This document shows positions 39,147 to 64,000 of a stretch of 64,000 nucleotides of DNA, piece after piece (positions within the stretch are counted from its first letter, which is position 1; each line of letters opens with the position of its first letter). Made by a program: the position numbers and the translations under genes. The DNA is from Phaeosaccion multiseriatum (Eukaryota; Protista; Ochrophyta, other classes), in assembly GCA_965112735.1 (NCBI GenBank), contig OZ218957.1, forward strand, positions 3,534,001-3,598,000. Reading direction: 5' to 3'. Under the pieces are notes generated by a model that was not told the origin of the DNA, did not search any database, and saw only the letters and a program-made list of their open reading frames with translations.

Positions 39147-40398
39147 ATGTTTAGGTACAATCAACGGCAAGAACGGTTACAAAAAAAGAATGATCTACTG
39201 ACCGTGTTCCGAAAAAAGGCCGAAAAAAGTATCGGCTTGTTTGGCGGAGAGAGGATCAACAGCATGCGGAGTGCCTTACCAGAGCGGGCGGAGACACCAA
39301 CAAGACAGCAGACGACAGTCGAGAGGAGAGCGGGCAGCAGAGACGCTCTTCTTCGCGGCCAGCCAGCCTGCGCCGCTGCAAGGAGCGCGCCCTCACAGGA
39401 GAAAGCAAGCAACAAGGAAGTAGAGGACAAGCAAAGAGCTCAAAGATACTCCACGCGAAAACCCAGCACAAACCGCCAGCTCAGGGTGAGAGGCCCCCCA
39501 GCAACGGACGAGCACCTGCCTTGTTGCTCGTCCCTGGCGACGAGTACCTGCCTTGTTGCTCGTCCCTCGGCTCCCCCCCCCAAAGATGCTCCGCCGCCTC
39601 AAAACGATGGATCATCGCCGGAGGAGCAGGACCCCAGCAAGTCCAACAAAGAGCCGAAAGAGACTAAAGCCCACGACGACAGAGCCAGAGCAGCAGCAGA
39701 CGAGCAGGGAAGGAACTCCACTGCCCTCTCCTCTCTTCGACGCCGGCGACCTCGCTCGGCCCCGCCAGCATCACTACCCAGCAGGGCCTACACAGCACGA
39801 CCAGCAGCAGGCAGAGGGTGATACAGCGGGTCAGACGCTTCCTGAGGCTCAGCGCGGCAGTTCAGAGCCTCGACCGAGACTACAGAGGATGCTCTTCCGC
39901 CAGCTGAGCATAGACACTGCCCTGTCCGCAGCAGGAGACGGAGGAGGGTCAGCAGCAGCAGCAGCAGCGGCAGGAGGAGGAGGAGGAGGAGGAGGAGGAG
40001 GAGGAGGAGGAGGAGGAGGAGGAGGAGGAGGAGGAGGAGGAGGAGGAGGAGGAGGAGGAGGAGGAGGAGGAGGAGGAGGAGGAGGAGGAGGAGGAGGAGG
40101 AGGAGGAGGAGGAGGAGGAGGAGGAGGAGGAGGAGGAGGAAGAGGAGTAGAAGAAGTGGCGCCCTTCGCCTTTGTGATGGACACGAACGACGCTCTGATT
40201 GCAGTGGACAACATGTGCGAAGAGGAGGAGGAGCGAGAGGAGGGCCCTAAGGGCCCTGGGGCGGTGTGCAGGCACCTGCACCGAGCGGGGCAGAGCAGGG
40301 GCTCCTTCTTCACCGAGGATGAGGACTTCGACAATGAATGTCTGGGCCAGGACGGTGGGGGTGGAGAGGCACAGCCATGGTGGATGAGCGACCTGTAG
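39147..40398 (+). CDS. Hypothetical low-complexity protein, structure uncertain
   Basis: Overlapping ORFs 39147-39821 and 39553-40398 with a long poly-Gly run; no domain recognised. Confidence 0.3.
39973..40140 (+). repeat. (GGA)n microsatellite, ~56 units
   Basis: Direct inspection. Confidence 0.95.
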
Positions 40399-40788
40399 GC
40401 TAAGGAGGATGGGGGAGATGGCGCTTGCTTACGGGGCGGGGGGGCTGCTGCACAGCGGTGTGCTGCTCTGACCACGGGCTCATGGCTGGAGGATGTGCGC
40501 CCATAGCGCTCAACCAGGGAGAGATAGGGAGGCAAAGGCACATACGTACTGTCTTTAGTTTTAGAATAAAAAACAAGTTTGCACACACATGGATGGATGT
40601 GTGGAGTGTGAGGCAGGGAGGGAGTGATGAATGAGGGGAGGGGGGGGGGCTACTGGAGGCTACTACTATTGGAGGTCCCTGAGTCGATGCTTATAAAAGT
40701 GACTCAAGGGCGGGGCAGAGGAGCCTTGGCGCATTTTGTCGTCGGCCATGGACAAGGTTACAGTGTGCAAGAAGGGGGAAAAGTAGTC

Positions 40789-40917
40789 ATCAGGCCGGCT
40801 GGCGCCGGTCATAATCAGTAATCAGGCCCGGTGGCGCCGGCCATAATCAGTAATCCGGCCCGGCTGGCGCCATAATCAGTAATCAGGCGGCTGGCGCCGG
40901 CCGTAATCAGTAATCAG
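40789..40917. repeat. ~32-bp tandem repeat (atcaggccggctggcgccggccataatcagta) x4
   Basis: Direct inspection. Confidence 0.85.
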
Positions 40918-41285
40918 ATAACCTTGTCCAGGGAAACGGAGCTGCTGTATACCGTATACTTGCGGGTGCTCAGCTCTTACTCACTGCGCTCTTTAATTTC
41001 AGAATAGTAATTAGAATTAAAGACGAATTAATTTTAAGTACACAATGTAATATTCTTTTGACATCAGAAACGTGTTTCTGACCTCTGTCCTGAACGCCAC
41101 ACACGCGTCAGGGGTCCTGGACACCCATACCCTCCATCACCTCTACCGCCGTCCCCCCCCCCCCCCTAATGGGACACATCGGGCAGATGGGACAGCTGGG
41201 GCAGGCAATACACTTTGTGTATGGCCCTCGCCCTCTCTCCTTCCTATGTCAAGGAGACAAAAGCCCTCGCCCTCGTCCTTCCTCT

Positions 41286-46269
<4,984 letters not shown>

Positions 46270-47142
46270 GGCGTTGGGCTAGTGTTAAGCTCTATCGTTG
46301 CAGGGCGGCTCGCCCACTCAAGCAGCGCAATGCGTCTGAGGTGCAGGATGGGGAGGCGAGGCGGGGAGGGGGTGTGGGTGGGGTCATCAAAAATCGAGTC
46401 CAATGTTATCATATACAGGGAGCAGATGAAGAGGAGTTTCGCTTCAGGAGGAGACCTCCACTACTTCACGTGGAGAGACTGACGACATCGCCGCTGCCAC
46501 ACGGAGGAGACAAGCGCCAGAGGCATCGCGCCAATGAAGACACGCAGTGGACAGGGAGGGAAAGGAGACAAGAAGAGAAGATGGTGACGAAGAAGAGAGG
46601 AAGAGGGACAACCGCCCCACCTAGGATCCCTCTGCTGGCTGCTATTGGTGTAGCTGCGGCTCTCTACAGCGCTCCATGGATTTCGCCACTTTCTTCCGTC
46701 CCTGGGATGGGTTATGCCGTGAGGTCGTGGCTTTGGGGCCATGAGTGCTCGGAAATAAGAAATTGCCCCCGGGGTGGAGCTCCCTCTTTCCTTTCCCTCA
46801 TTTTTATGCTCGTATTGTCCCCTCAGACCCAAAGCAGACTCCCAGCAGAGACTACAGCCCCAAGGAACTTTACGGTTACCTTCGTCAGAGCTAAATCCCT
46901 CTGCGAAGAACGATCGCTTCCACCCTTTATTGTTGGTGTCTGAATCCGAAGGCAAATCTTTAAAATTGAGGGAAGCAGGAAAGATAATACCGTACCGGAC
47001 AACGGGCTTGCACAGACGATTCAACAGTGAAGTGAGGCTCCCTCTTGTCCAGACCACCAGCGGTGCACTCTCCTCTACTCAACAGTATTGGCGTAGAGGG
47101 GGTCTTGACACAAAGGGTCAAACCGTGACACTTGAGGGGGCT

Positions 47143-49727
47143 ATGAGCGAGGGCTTCCTTCCTGATGCCTTCAGCGAGATCTCCGTGAGCTCTCAGCAGC
47201 AGCAGCAGCAGCAGCAGGAGCAGTGGCAGTGGTCAGGGCAGGAGGTGGGGAAGAGCGAGTGGGGGCAGCAGGAGGGGAAGAGCGAGTGGGGGCAGCAGGA
47301 GGCGTGCGGGGAGCGGGGGAGCTCACATGGATCATCAGCGGCAGGAGCAGCAGCGGCACCAGCAGCAGAAGCCCTACCACCACTACCACCGCCGGTGCCA
47401 GTCGCCGCCCACGCCCCAGAGCAGCCCCCGCCCTTCCCGGAGGCGGTGACCAGCCCGTGCCATGTAGAGCAGGCCCTCAACGGCTGGGAGGTGCTCGTGG
47501 CGGAGGAGAGCGGCCGAATGTGGCAGCTCATCCGCTCGCTGCGAGAGACCATCTACGGCGAAGTCATGCTGGGCATCGAGTTCATCCGGGACGGGGACGG
47601 ACAGGTGCAGTACGCCGACAAGCACAGCGCCATCAAGGTAAGTTAGGTCTGCGATGGATAGAGCAGGGCAGGGCAGAGCAGGGGGGGGAGGGGGTGTACA
47701 TGTATGTGTATGTGGATGGATGGGTGCAGAGGGTCTTTGAGGGGTGTATGACGCACATAAGTTGCGTTGGAGTCAAGTGACATGAAGCTGGGCAGTGTGT
47801 GAGGAGGGGAGAGGAGCGTCTGCTGTTTCAGATTATTCTCCGGTCCCCCTTTGTGAAGAAACAGGCGAGTGATAAGGCTACAAGAGCGGTATCGATCTCC
47901 CCTTGCAGATCCAGTATACACTATTCTTGTCTACAGCCTAAGGCTATTCGCGCCCCCGGAGGGAGAGAAGGGAGGGAGGAGGTAGTGGTGGGAGAGAGGC
48001 TCGGTACAGCGGCCAGGGAGGTAGGAGGGGGTAGGGTGTGGGAGGTGTGGTGGCTGGTCCATCAAGTATTGGAAAAGCAGGGCAGGGGGCGAGTAGTGGG
48101 GGCTGAGGGACAGAAGATGAACCATGTCCCCCTTTCCTCGGCTTGGGTTCGTCTCTTTCTCACTGTCAGCAGAAGCATAGGACACTTACGCTTGCTCCTT
48201 GGGGCCGACATTGCGGATCGATAATCATTTTTGGCGTGGATCTCTGTGTTGGTTCAGCTCACGCACACCGAACTGAGTCCATCCGTCCATCCCTTCACCC
48301 CTTCTCTCTCTGCTGCAGATTTCGTACGAGAGCCGCATGTCTGCGGCTAAGGCGCGGGGCTCACCAGAGGACCCCTTCAAGGAGATCGGAGTCATGCAGT
48401 TCCTCGAGGGGCCAGGGGGAGGGGGCTCGCAACACGCCAACGTGCTGGGCCTCACGGCGGCGCTGAGGGACAGCACGACGGAGGGGGCGGAGGCGCTGTA
48501 CGTGGTCATGCCGTACTGCGACGGGGGAGAGCTGTTCGACCTCGTGGACCAGGTGGGTGGGACTAGTATGTCAATGGGTGGGTGGGACTAGTATGTCAAT
48601 GCTGTGGTGCTCTGCTTGCTCTGCTTGGGGGGGGGGGGGGGGGGAGGTGGTGCCATGGTGCTTGCTTGCCTTGCTGCTTGCTGGCCTTGCCTTGCCTTGC
48701 CCCCAAGGGGAGGGTCCCCCCAAGTCCCAATGTCCAGGCAGCACTCCACCACCCCCCTCTCTGCTGACAACTCTCCTTACACAGGAATAGCAAGTCCCAC
48801 ACACCCCGTGCGTAAGCGTACTAACCCACTCTAACCTACGGGGCCCTGCAGGTGGGCAAGTACTCGGAGGATGATGCGCGCGCTCTCTTCGGGCAGGTGC
48901 TGCGCGGCACGGCCTATCTGCAGAGGAGCGGCGTGTGCCACAGAGACATGAGCCTCGAGAACCTTCTGGTGGACGACGGGAGGGTCATCATCGTCATCGA
49001 CTTTGGGATGGCTCTGAGATGCGCCAGGGGGAAGGGGGAGGCACCTGTACTCATTGAGCACCAAGGTGGGTGGAGTGGGTGGGTGGGTAGGAGGACAGAC
49101 AGGCCAACAGGGGCGAATGCGAGTGACATAATGTGTGAACTGACGCTATATTCGAGACAGCCACCCCCTCTCACGCACCTGCGCGCCCCCCTCCTCTTCC
49201 TTCCTCCTCAGGGACATGCGGGAAGCGCAACTACATTGCCCCGGAGATTTGGATGGACGCCCCCTTCAACGGCTTCGCGGTGGACGTGTGGGCATGCGGC
49301 ATTATCCTGTTCATGCTGCTCACGGGCTTCCCTCCCTTCGATATGCCGCACCCCAGAGACGAGCGCTTCCGCATCATCGCCGAGCAGAGGCGGTTGGCGG
49401 AGCTGCTGGGGCAGTGGGGCGTGCAGCTGTCGGCCTCGGTGAGAGAGGAGGGGAGGGAAGGGAGGGGAGAGAGGGGAGTATGAGAGGCATTCCTGCAGGC
49501 AGGCAAGCAGGCAGTGGCCGCGTCGCCCTGCTGCACTAGCGCACTAACCATCACTACCCCTCCCCTCCCATCCACTGCCATCCCCTCCCATCCCATCCAC
49601 TGCATCCTCTCAGGTGATAGATCTGCTGCAGAAGATGCTGGTAGCGGACCCCTCTCAGCGCTGTGCTATGAGCTCGCTTCTCAGCCACCCCTGGGTCAGA
49701 CAGGGCATGACCAAGGTCTTTGGCTAG
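47143..49727 (+). CDS. CAMK-group Ser/Thr protein kinase (5 exons)
   Basis: AIK; EDPFKEI; YCDGGELF; HRDMSLENLL; IDFGM; CGKRNYIAPE; DVWACGIILF; DP.QR; HPW. Confidence 0.95.
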
Positions 49728-49754
49728 GGCAGCACTTGGCGATACAGCAGAGGC

Positions 49755-49787
<33 letters not shown>

Positions 49788-50126
49788 TGGTGATACAATA
49801 GCAGCAGTTGATACGGCATCAGTATTGGTCCACGCCGAAGAGATGACTGAGATGACTCGAGGTACTACGTGCCGTCAGCTCCTCACAGAGCCTCGGAGCC
49901 TGACCCGCGTGCCCCCTGCCATGGACTGGAGCCATGGCGTATGGTGTGGTCCCTGCAGTTTCAGTTTTCTGGCTAGCGGCTTCAAGCTTGGCCGCCCGCC
50001 CCCCCGGAACGCCGGATTCGTCCCCTTGCCCCCGGTGGGTTGAGTGGCGGTAGTGCAGTCAAGCGCTGTGGAGGGAATCAACAGAGGGAGTGGAAAGCGA
50101 AGAAGAGTGCAACCTATCTACACACC

Positions 50127-50170
<44 letters not shown>

Positions 50171-50653
50171 GCCCGTCAAGCAGAGAGTCACTCTATCGCG
50201 CTCTTGGAACCTCCTCGGGTCGTGGAGCAGCCTCGCGAGAGAACGGAGTGCCGTTGACTGTCATTCACTGCCATCGACTGCCACCGGCTGCCATCGGAGT
50301 GCCATAGAGACTGCCGTCGAGAGGAGCCCGAGCTGGTGAGCGTGTGAAGTGATCTTCAGCACCATGGAAGGGCTGCAGGCAGCTGAGAGCAATGTTGAGA
50401 TAAAAGATGTGTATCGGTGGACCTGTGGACAGAGGTCAGGCCTTCGATGTACATGTCTTTCAGATCATTGCCCTCAGCTGCGTAGCCCTTCCATGCTGCT
50501 GAAAGCTGGTCCCACCTTCGTGCGCCTTGTCAGTGACTTGACGAGGGCAACGAGAGTGTGTGAGAGTGTGAGGGCGACGGACTCAGAGCTTTGGAAGCTC
50601 CTGGGAACTCGTCAGAGCTGTGGAAACTCCAATCCAACGTACGCGATGGCAAC

Positions 50654-50742
50654 TTAGCAGGGCTGCAGCTAAAGGCTTGACGTGAAGGCTCTCTGTAGCT
50701 TAGCAGGGCTGCAGCTAAAGGCTTGACGTGAAGGCTCTCTGT
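50654..50742. repeat. 46-bp direct tandem duplication
   Basis: ttagcagggctgcagctaaaggcttgacgtgaaggctctctgt occurs twice. Confidence 0.9.
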
Positions 50743-52039
50743 TGAGTCTTGGTCGATGCTTCGAGGCCGGGGACAGAGCTTGTCGATCATTGCAAGGCTT
50801 CCATCGATCAACGGATAGGCCTCCTCTGTAGAGCCTGTAGGGGTCCGAAGGCGCTCCTCACCAGGCACAAGGGCTTCAAGGGGGGGGGGGGGGGGGGGGT
50901 TTTTGCCGGGGGAGGTTTTGGAAGCGAAGGTGGTCAAGGTGGTGTACAGTGTACAGTACGAATCTGCGAGGCTGGGGGGGCGGGTTTGGACGTGCGTGCG
51001 CCTCTCTGGCTCTGTGTGAGGGGGAGGGAGGCCGACCGTGCTTTCCCGTGCACAAGGATCAGCAGCAGCAGTTGGTGAACAGGAACAGCGGCATTGCATG
51101 GGAGAAGGGCACATGCAGCGTTGCGTGTGCATGTGAGTGGTTGGGTGTGGCCTTTAGTCCCCCCGTGTACACACCCGTGTACCGCCCCAGCTACACCACC
51201 GCCATGCGAAGCTAAGCGCCATGCGAGGGTCTCCGAGGTGACATTCTCTCCGATTGATTGCTCAGCTCCCGGGGGAGTGGAGTCTGTAGCTGCGAGCTGC
51301 TGGGGGGGGGGGGGGGGGGGCTATTTGCGAGCGAGACTCAAGCACGCGGCACGCAGCGCCAACTGCTGCCCACATAGGACAAGACGCACACGGGCAGAGG
51401 AAGACAGGAGGGGAGGGGAGGGGAGGGGAGGGGAGTGGGGACGAGCGTGCAAGACCTTGGCCTTGCGCCCTTGCCATTCAGTGCCATCCTCCATACTATC
51501 AGTGCCATTGCGGCGCTGAGCGTAGACCGTAGGCTACCTTCGAGCCTCCCGACGGCGTTGTGAAGAGGGCAGAGCTGACCCACCGGGGGAGGGAAATGGC
51601 GGCCCTCCCCTCAATGAGACAGCGAGACAGTGGGACGGTGGTCCCCAGTGGTATGTATGTATGCATGCTGCTCCTCATGCACATCCCGGCTCGCCCACCG
51701 ACCGTAGGCAGAGCAGCGCCGCTTCAGGTAGTGCTACATTTTTTCCATTTTTGAATGCGAAGCTAAAAGAGCAATGTTCATAACGAATCCAGAATGGCCC
51801 AAATGGATCAAGAGTCACTGACGTCAACACGTACGTCAACAGTCCTCCCCGCCAAAGCCAATTCAGCCCGAGAGAGACCGAAAGCCGCGTCCCGTTGTCA
51901 TGTGCCCCCCCCCCCCCCCCCAGACCGGCAGGAAAGCCATCTGATGGCAATTGATGCCCCCTAAAGGCTGAAGGCAGGCCCTGAAGGCAGGCCCTGCTCA
52001 CCCCATGGAGTGCCATCCCATGGAGTGCCATCCCCGGTC

Positions 52040-59941
<7,902 letters not shown>

Positions 59942-60084
59942 GGAAGCCCAAATCCCAAATCCAGGCTGCTATCGCCCCCCCTTGGGAGTCCACCCTTGAA
60001 ACCCCCCCTTTAAATCCTCCCTTTCCGCTCTAGATTCGAAACGCCTTAAGGTGGGGAGCTCTCAGGGAACTATTCGGATTCACC

Positions 60085-63000
60085 ATGACCCCTGAGGAGC
60101 TTCCGATAGTCCGTTGTTACAACTTAGCAAGTAGTGACGAAGTTCGGGAAGGGACTTGGAAGAAAATAGCCTCCTTTTTATTTAGTGTTTTCTTCGAGTA
60201 CCCCTGGAAGGTGGTGACGGGGTGGAGGAAAAGGAGGAGGAAAGAGGTTACGCGCGAAGAGCAGCATTTGGAGCCCCCAAAGAAGAAAGCAAGAGCTGGC
60301 GACCACAGCAGCAGCAGCAGCAGCGGCAGCTGTAGCAGTCGCAGCGGGGGCGGGGGGAGCGGCGAAGGGCCCGATGAAAATGTGGAGGAGGAGGGGGTGG
60401 AGTCGGCACGGCATGAGGATGTGGGCCACACCGAAGCGGGACAGCAGCGAAGCAGCAGCGGCAGCGGCAGTAGCAGCGGGGGGAGCGGCGAAGGGCCCGA
60501 TGAAAATGTGGAGGAGGAGGGGGTGGAGTTGCATGGGGATGTGGGCCCTGAGGAGCAACACGCCGAAGCGGGACAGCAGCGAAGCAGCAGCGGCAGCGGC
60601 AGCAGCAGCGGGGGCGGCGGGGGGACCGGCGAAGGGCCCGATGACAATGTGGAGCAGGAGGGGGTGGAGTTGGCACGGCATGAGGATGTGGGCCCTGGGG
60701 CGTCGAAGAAGAAGAAGAGGAGGAAGACGGGAAGCGGAAGAGGGGGGGGGAAGAAACGCAAGAGGAGGGGGGGGGGGGGCAGCGGCAGCAGCAGCGGCAG
60801 CAGCAGCGGCAGCTGTAGTCGCAGCGGAGGCGGGGGCAGCGGCGAAGGGCAGGACGAACAGCCTGAAGATGAAGACTCTCTGTATCTCCAGGTACGTGCG
60901 AATGAATGTAAGGACTACGAGTACATTTCCCCCCCTTTTTTGGGCTTGTTCTCCCTCCTCTTTCTTGCAGTTGCTGACTCGCTCCTATCCTCCTACCCCT
61001 CCTTGTTGTACCGTTCTGTCTCAGCTATGTCGCCAACCCAAGGAGCTGTTGGCAAAACTGGAGAGCATGCTTAAAGATGTCGAAGCAGGGCTTAAAGATG
61101 ATGTCGAAGCAGGAAACCGTAGGCCTACCCATCTGCCTCTGGGGCTGGCGAACATCATCAGACTTGCCATAGGGTGGGGTCGGATTAGGGAAAGGGGCTG
61201 GTGCACCGTACGGGTGCAAAGCATTGACCTCATGGACGATGTTGGTCGCTTTCATGCCTACGCGGAGGTGGCCATGCCCTTGTACGAGTGGTGGAAAAAC
61301 AATCCCGACTCCGCTGTCGACGACACAGACGACACGTTCTCCTGCTGTGAGGAGGAGTTGGACATCCCCGATGGGGTGCGGGAGGAGCTCGAGCGGGGCA
61401 GCCGAGGTGAGCAGTCTCATGCATTCCTGTACGGGGGGGATGCAGGGGACAAGGCGAGAGCCGCGCAGCTCAAGGATGCCGAAGGCAATGTCGTTCGAGA
61501 GCATGTTCCGGGGCCGCCCCCGAGTGGACCGGACCCCGACAAACAAGCTGCTCAACAGCGGCTGCGTGGCCAGTTAGAGGCGTTAGGGGAGAAGCAGCTC
61601 GAGGATTGGCGGAACATTTCTCCGGAATCCAGGGCGGAAGCGCGAGCGCTCCTTCGACAACATGCGGCCGTCACAGGGGCTATGAATGAGGGAGACCTTG
61701 GGATTGGCCTAGACACGCTGGTGGGCAGAGCTATGAAGGCGATGCAGGAATCGGGGAGGTACGAGCTGTTCTTCGCCCAGCATCGCGCTGGCTCAGGGGA
61801 AGTTATGGGGAGGGTGTTCAACGACCAAGGACTAGAGTGCATGGCCAGGAACAAGGGGTTGCTGCCAGCCGGGCCAGACGAACTCGGTCAGCTACTGAAG
61901 CCTGGGCCCTTCAACGTTGGGCTGTCGGACGGGCCAACAACTACGTCGTCTACATCACGCGCGGGGAGTGGTTTGCTCTACCGCCTCATCTGGACCGTCG
62001 ACCCCCAGAAGCTTCTTGACGCGCTCGAGACGGAGGAGCTCAAGAGGGAGGTCGAGTTGCACCTTAGTGCATGGGCAAAGCAAAGGTGAGGTAGAAATAG
62101 AATACGGGAGTAGGGGGCGTTATCATTTACCTCCCGTTACATGCTGGTCGTTTATTTCCATTCGCGCAAACCTCACCCCGCCGCTCTCCACTTCCTTCTC
62201 TTTTCGACCCCAGGGTGAATGAGTTGAGGTCAGCAGCAGCAGGGGCAGTGGAACAAGGGGAAGCAGAAATGCGCTTAGTGTACACTGGAATCTCAGGGGA
62301 CACCGACCACCGCAGATACCGCAAGGAAATGGAGGCGGACTGGTCCTCTGTGAGTACAAAGGATGGCACTCAGCCGCCCATGCTTCAGGTAGCAAGGCAG
62401 GCCGCTGGAGACGCACCCCACACGTACAACCACGTGACCGTCGAGGACATGCCCACCACCCTCGCAGCGGAGCAGCTCTGTGTGGCAGGCACAGAGTCAG
62501 CACGGCGTATTTTCACCCTCAACCTCGCCCCAGGAGGGCAAACGGGATGGTGGGGGGAGGATAAATGGATTCAGGTGCTCTGCTGCTTGGTCCGTAGGGG
62601 AACGCCCATATCGCAGTTGCCCTTGCCTTTTCAACACTGGTGTGAGACTGTGGGGGTCGCAGATATTCGTGTGCTGCACAGAATAGTCTCTTCGTCCGGC
62701 GGTAAAAACGGCGGTGAGTACATGTTTGTTTCGTGAGTGAGTGAGTGGGGGCAAAGCAAGTAGTGGTAGTGGGGGGAAACCGGGGCCGTGGCGTGGCGGC
62801 GAATCCAAGTTCAAAGTAGTTAGGTACGAGCAAGGTACCACGTCACATTTGTTATATTTGCTCACTGCCCCCCCTCGCTTCCCGTATGCCCTCGGTGTCT
62901 ACTTTTTATACTTCAGCCACCAAGTGCAGCGAGTGTGGTGGCAATGAGAATGAGCCACCCCTCAACGGGTGTAAGAAGGTACATGGTGTCTCCAGAGGTA

Positions 63001-64000
63001 AGGCTGTTTCGTGAGTGAGTGAGTGGGGGCAAAGCAAGTAGTGGTAGTGGGGGGAAACCGGGGCCGTGGCGTGGCGGCGAATCCAAGTTCAAAGTAGTTA
63101 GGTACGAGCAAGTTGTAGCGGTATATAAGGAGTCATTGGCTCGCTATAGACCATTCAGCGCGTGGGTAGTGGGGGGAAACCGGGGCCGTGGCGTGGCGGC
63201 GAATCCAAGTTCAAAGTAGTTAGGTACGAGCAAGGTACCACGTCACATTTGGTATATTTGCTCACTGCCCCCCCTCGCTTCCCGTATGCCCTCGGTGTCT
63301 ACTTTTTATACTTCAGCCACCAAGTGCAGCGAGTGTGGTGGCAATGAGAATGAGCCACCCCTCAACGGGTGTAAGAAGGTACATGGTGTCTCCAGAGGTA
63401 AGGCTGTTTCGTGAGTGAGTGAGTGGGGGCAAAGCAAGTAGTGGTAGTGGGGGGAAACCGGGGCCGTGGCGTGGCGGCGAATCCAAGTTCAAAGTAGTTA
63501 GGTACGAGCAAGTGCAATTGCTTTCCGCATGCCATCCGGAAACTACTTTTAGTTGTGAGGATTGGGGGGGCCAGAGTCTTACCCCCCCCCCCCCCATTGA
63601 ACATGCCCAACTCTTTGCTTGTCGTGCTCTGGCAGGCGCAAAGGTGTACGCACCGGGCGAGACCACGGCAGGCGGGATCGTGTCGAAGGGGACGAGGCAA
63701 GGCAAATCCAACGGCGGTAAAAACGGCGGTGAGTACATGTTTGTTTCGTGAGTGAGTGAGTGGGGGCAAAGCAAGTAGTGGTAGTGGGGGGAAACCGGGG
63801 CCGTGGCGTGGCGGCGAATCCAAGTTCAAAGTAGTTTGTTACGAGCAAGTGCAATTGCTTTCCGCATGCCCTCCGGAAACTACTTTTAGTTGTGAGGATT
63901 GGGGGGGCCAGAGTCTTACCCCCCCCCCCCCCATTGAACATGCCCAACTCTTTGCTTGTCGTGCTCTTACAGGCGCAAAGGTGTACGCACCGGGCGAGAC
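60085..64000 (+). CDS. Multi-exon protein: acidic/Ser repeats, unknown shared domain, GIY-YIG endonuclease, modular C-terminal exon array (gene B; runs off the window)
   Basis: Exons 60085-60891, 61025-62085, 62214-62713, 62917-62997, 63317-63397, 63636-63728 and 63973->64000 are all GT-AG and in frame. GLLYRLIW...LVYTGISGDTDHRRYRKE...AAEQLC...TLNLAPGG matches GIY...YIG...R...E...YNxxPGG. Confidence 0.7.
62697..64000 (+). repeat. Complex tandem array of exon+intron units (periods ~400 and 337 bp)
   Basis: The block gtgagtgagtgagtgggggcaaagcaagtagtggtagtggggggaaaccggggccgtggcgtggcggcgaatccaagttcaaagtag recurs at ~62733, 63012, 63411 and 63748 (partial at ~63165). Confidence 0.95.

Noticed and set aside
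46580-46943. Small membrane-anchored gene fragment (MVTKKRG...PRNFTVTF)
   Set aside because: Terminates early with no diagnostic motif; cannot be supported.
60060-60115. Possible hammerhead ribozyme (CTGAGGA core) at the start of the GIY-YIG gene, as in Penelope-like elements
   Set aside because: The required GAAA is missing and stem I pairs poorly; no RT is visible.
62697-64000. CRISPR-like repeat array
   Set aside because: Eukaryotic context, units are hundreds of bp, and the intervening sequences are themselves duplicated exons rather than unique spacers.

Overview
GC-rich, intron-rich nuclear DNA of a photosynthetic heterokont (ochrophyte; a eustigmatophyte-like alga is my inference). 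The evidence is GT-AG introns, microsatellites and a PsbQ' gene with a bipartite plastid-targeting presequence. The core (about 18-60 kb) holds ordinary spliced genes: an Unkempt-like CCCH protein, PET100-like, MCTS1/TMA20, a BART-domain protein, PsbQ', a CRT-like transporter, a CAMK-type kinase and an LRR protein. The left 18 kb is mostly decayed pieces (Ulp1-like, MULE-like, sulfite oxidase, FNIP and HECT fragments). The main discovery is two apparently intact, spliced nuclear genes, 6034-12072 (-) and 60085->64000 (+). They share an unrecognised domain ([FW]KNxP...LxxPD...YxGD...LG[LI]GLDTL...QGL), but each carries a different homing-endonuclease-type nuclease downstream. Gene A has a two-motif LAGLIDADG domain plus tandem OTU-like domains and a C2H2-like finger. 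Gene B has a GIY-YIG domain followed by an expanding array of symmetric phase-1 exons (zinc-finger and GGKNG modules). This looks like a modular, nuclease-swapping selfish or effector gene family. All domain calls are motif recognition by eye, with no database searches.
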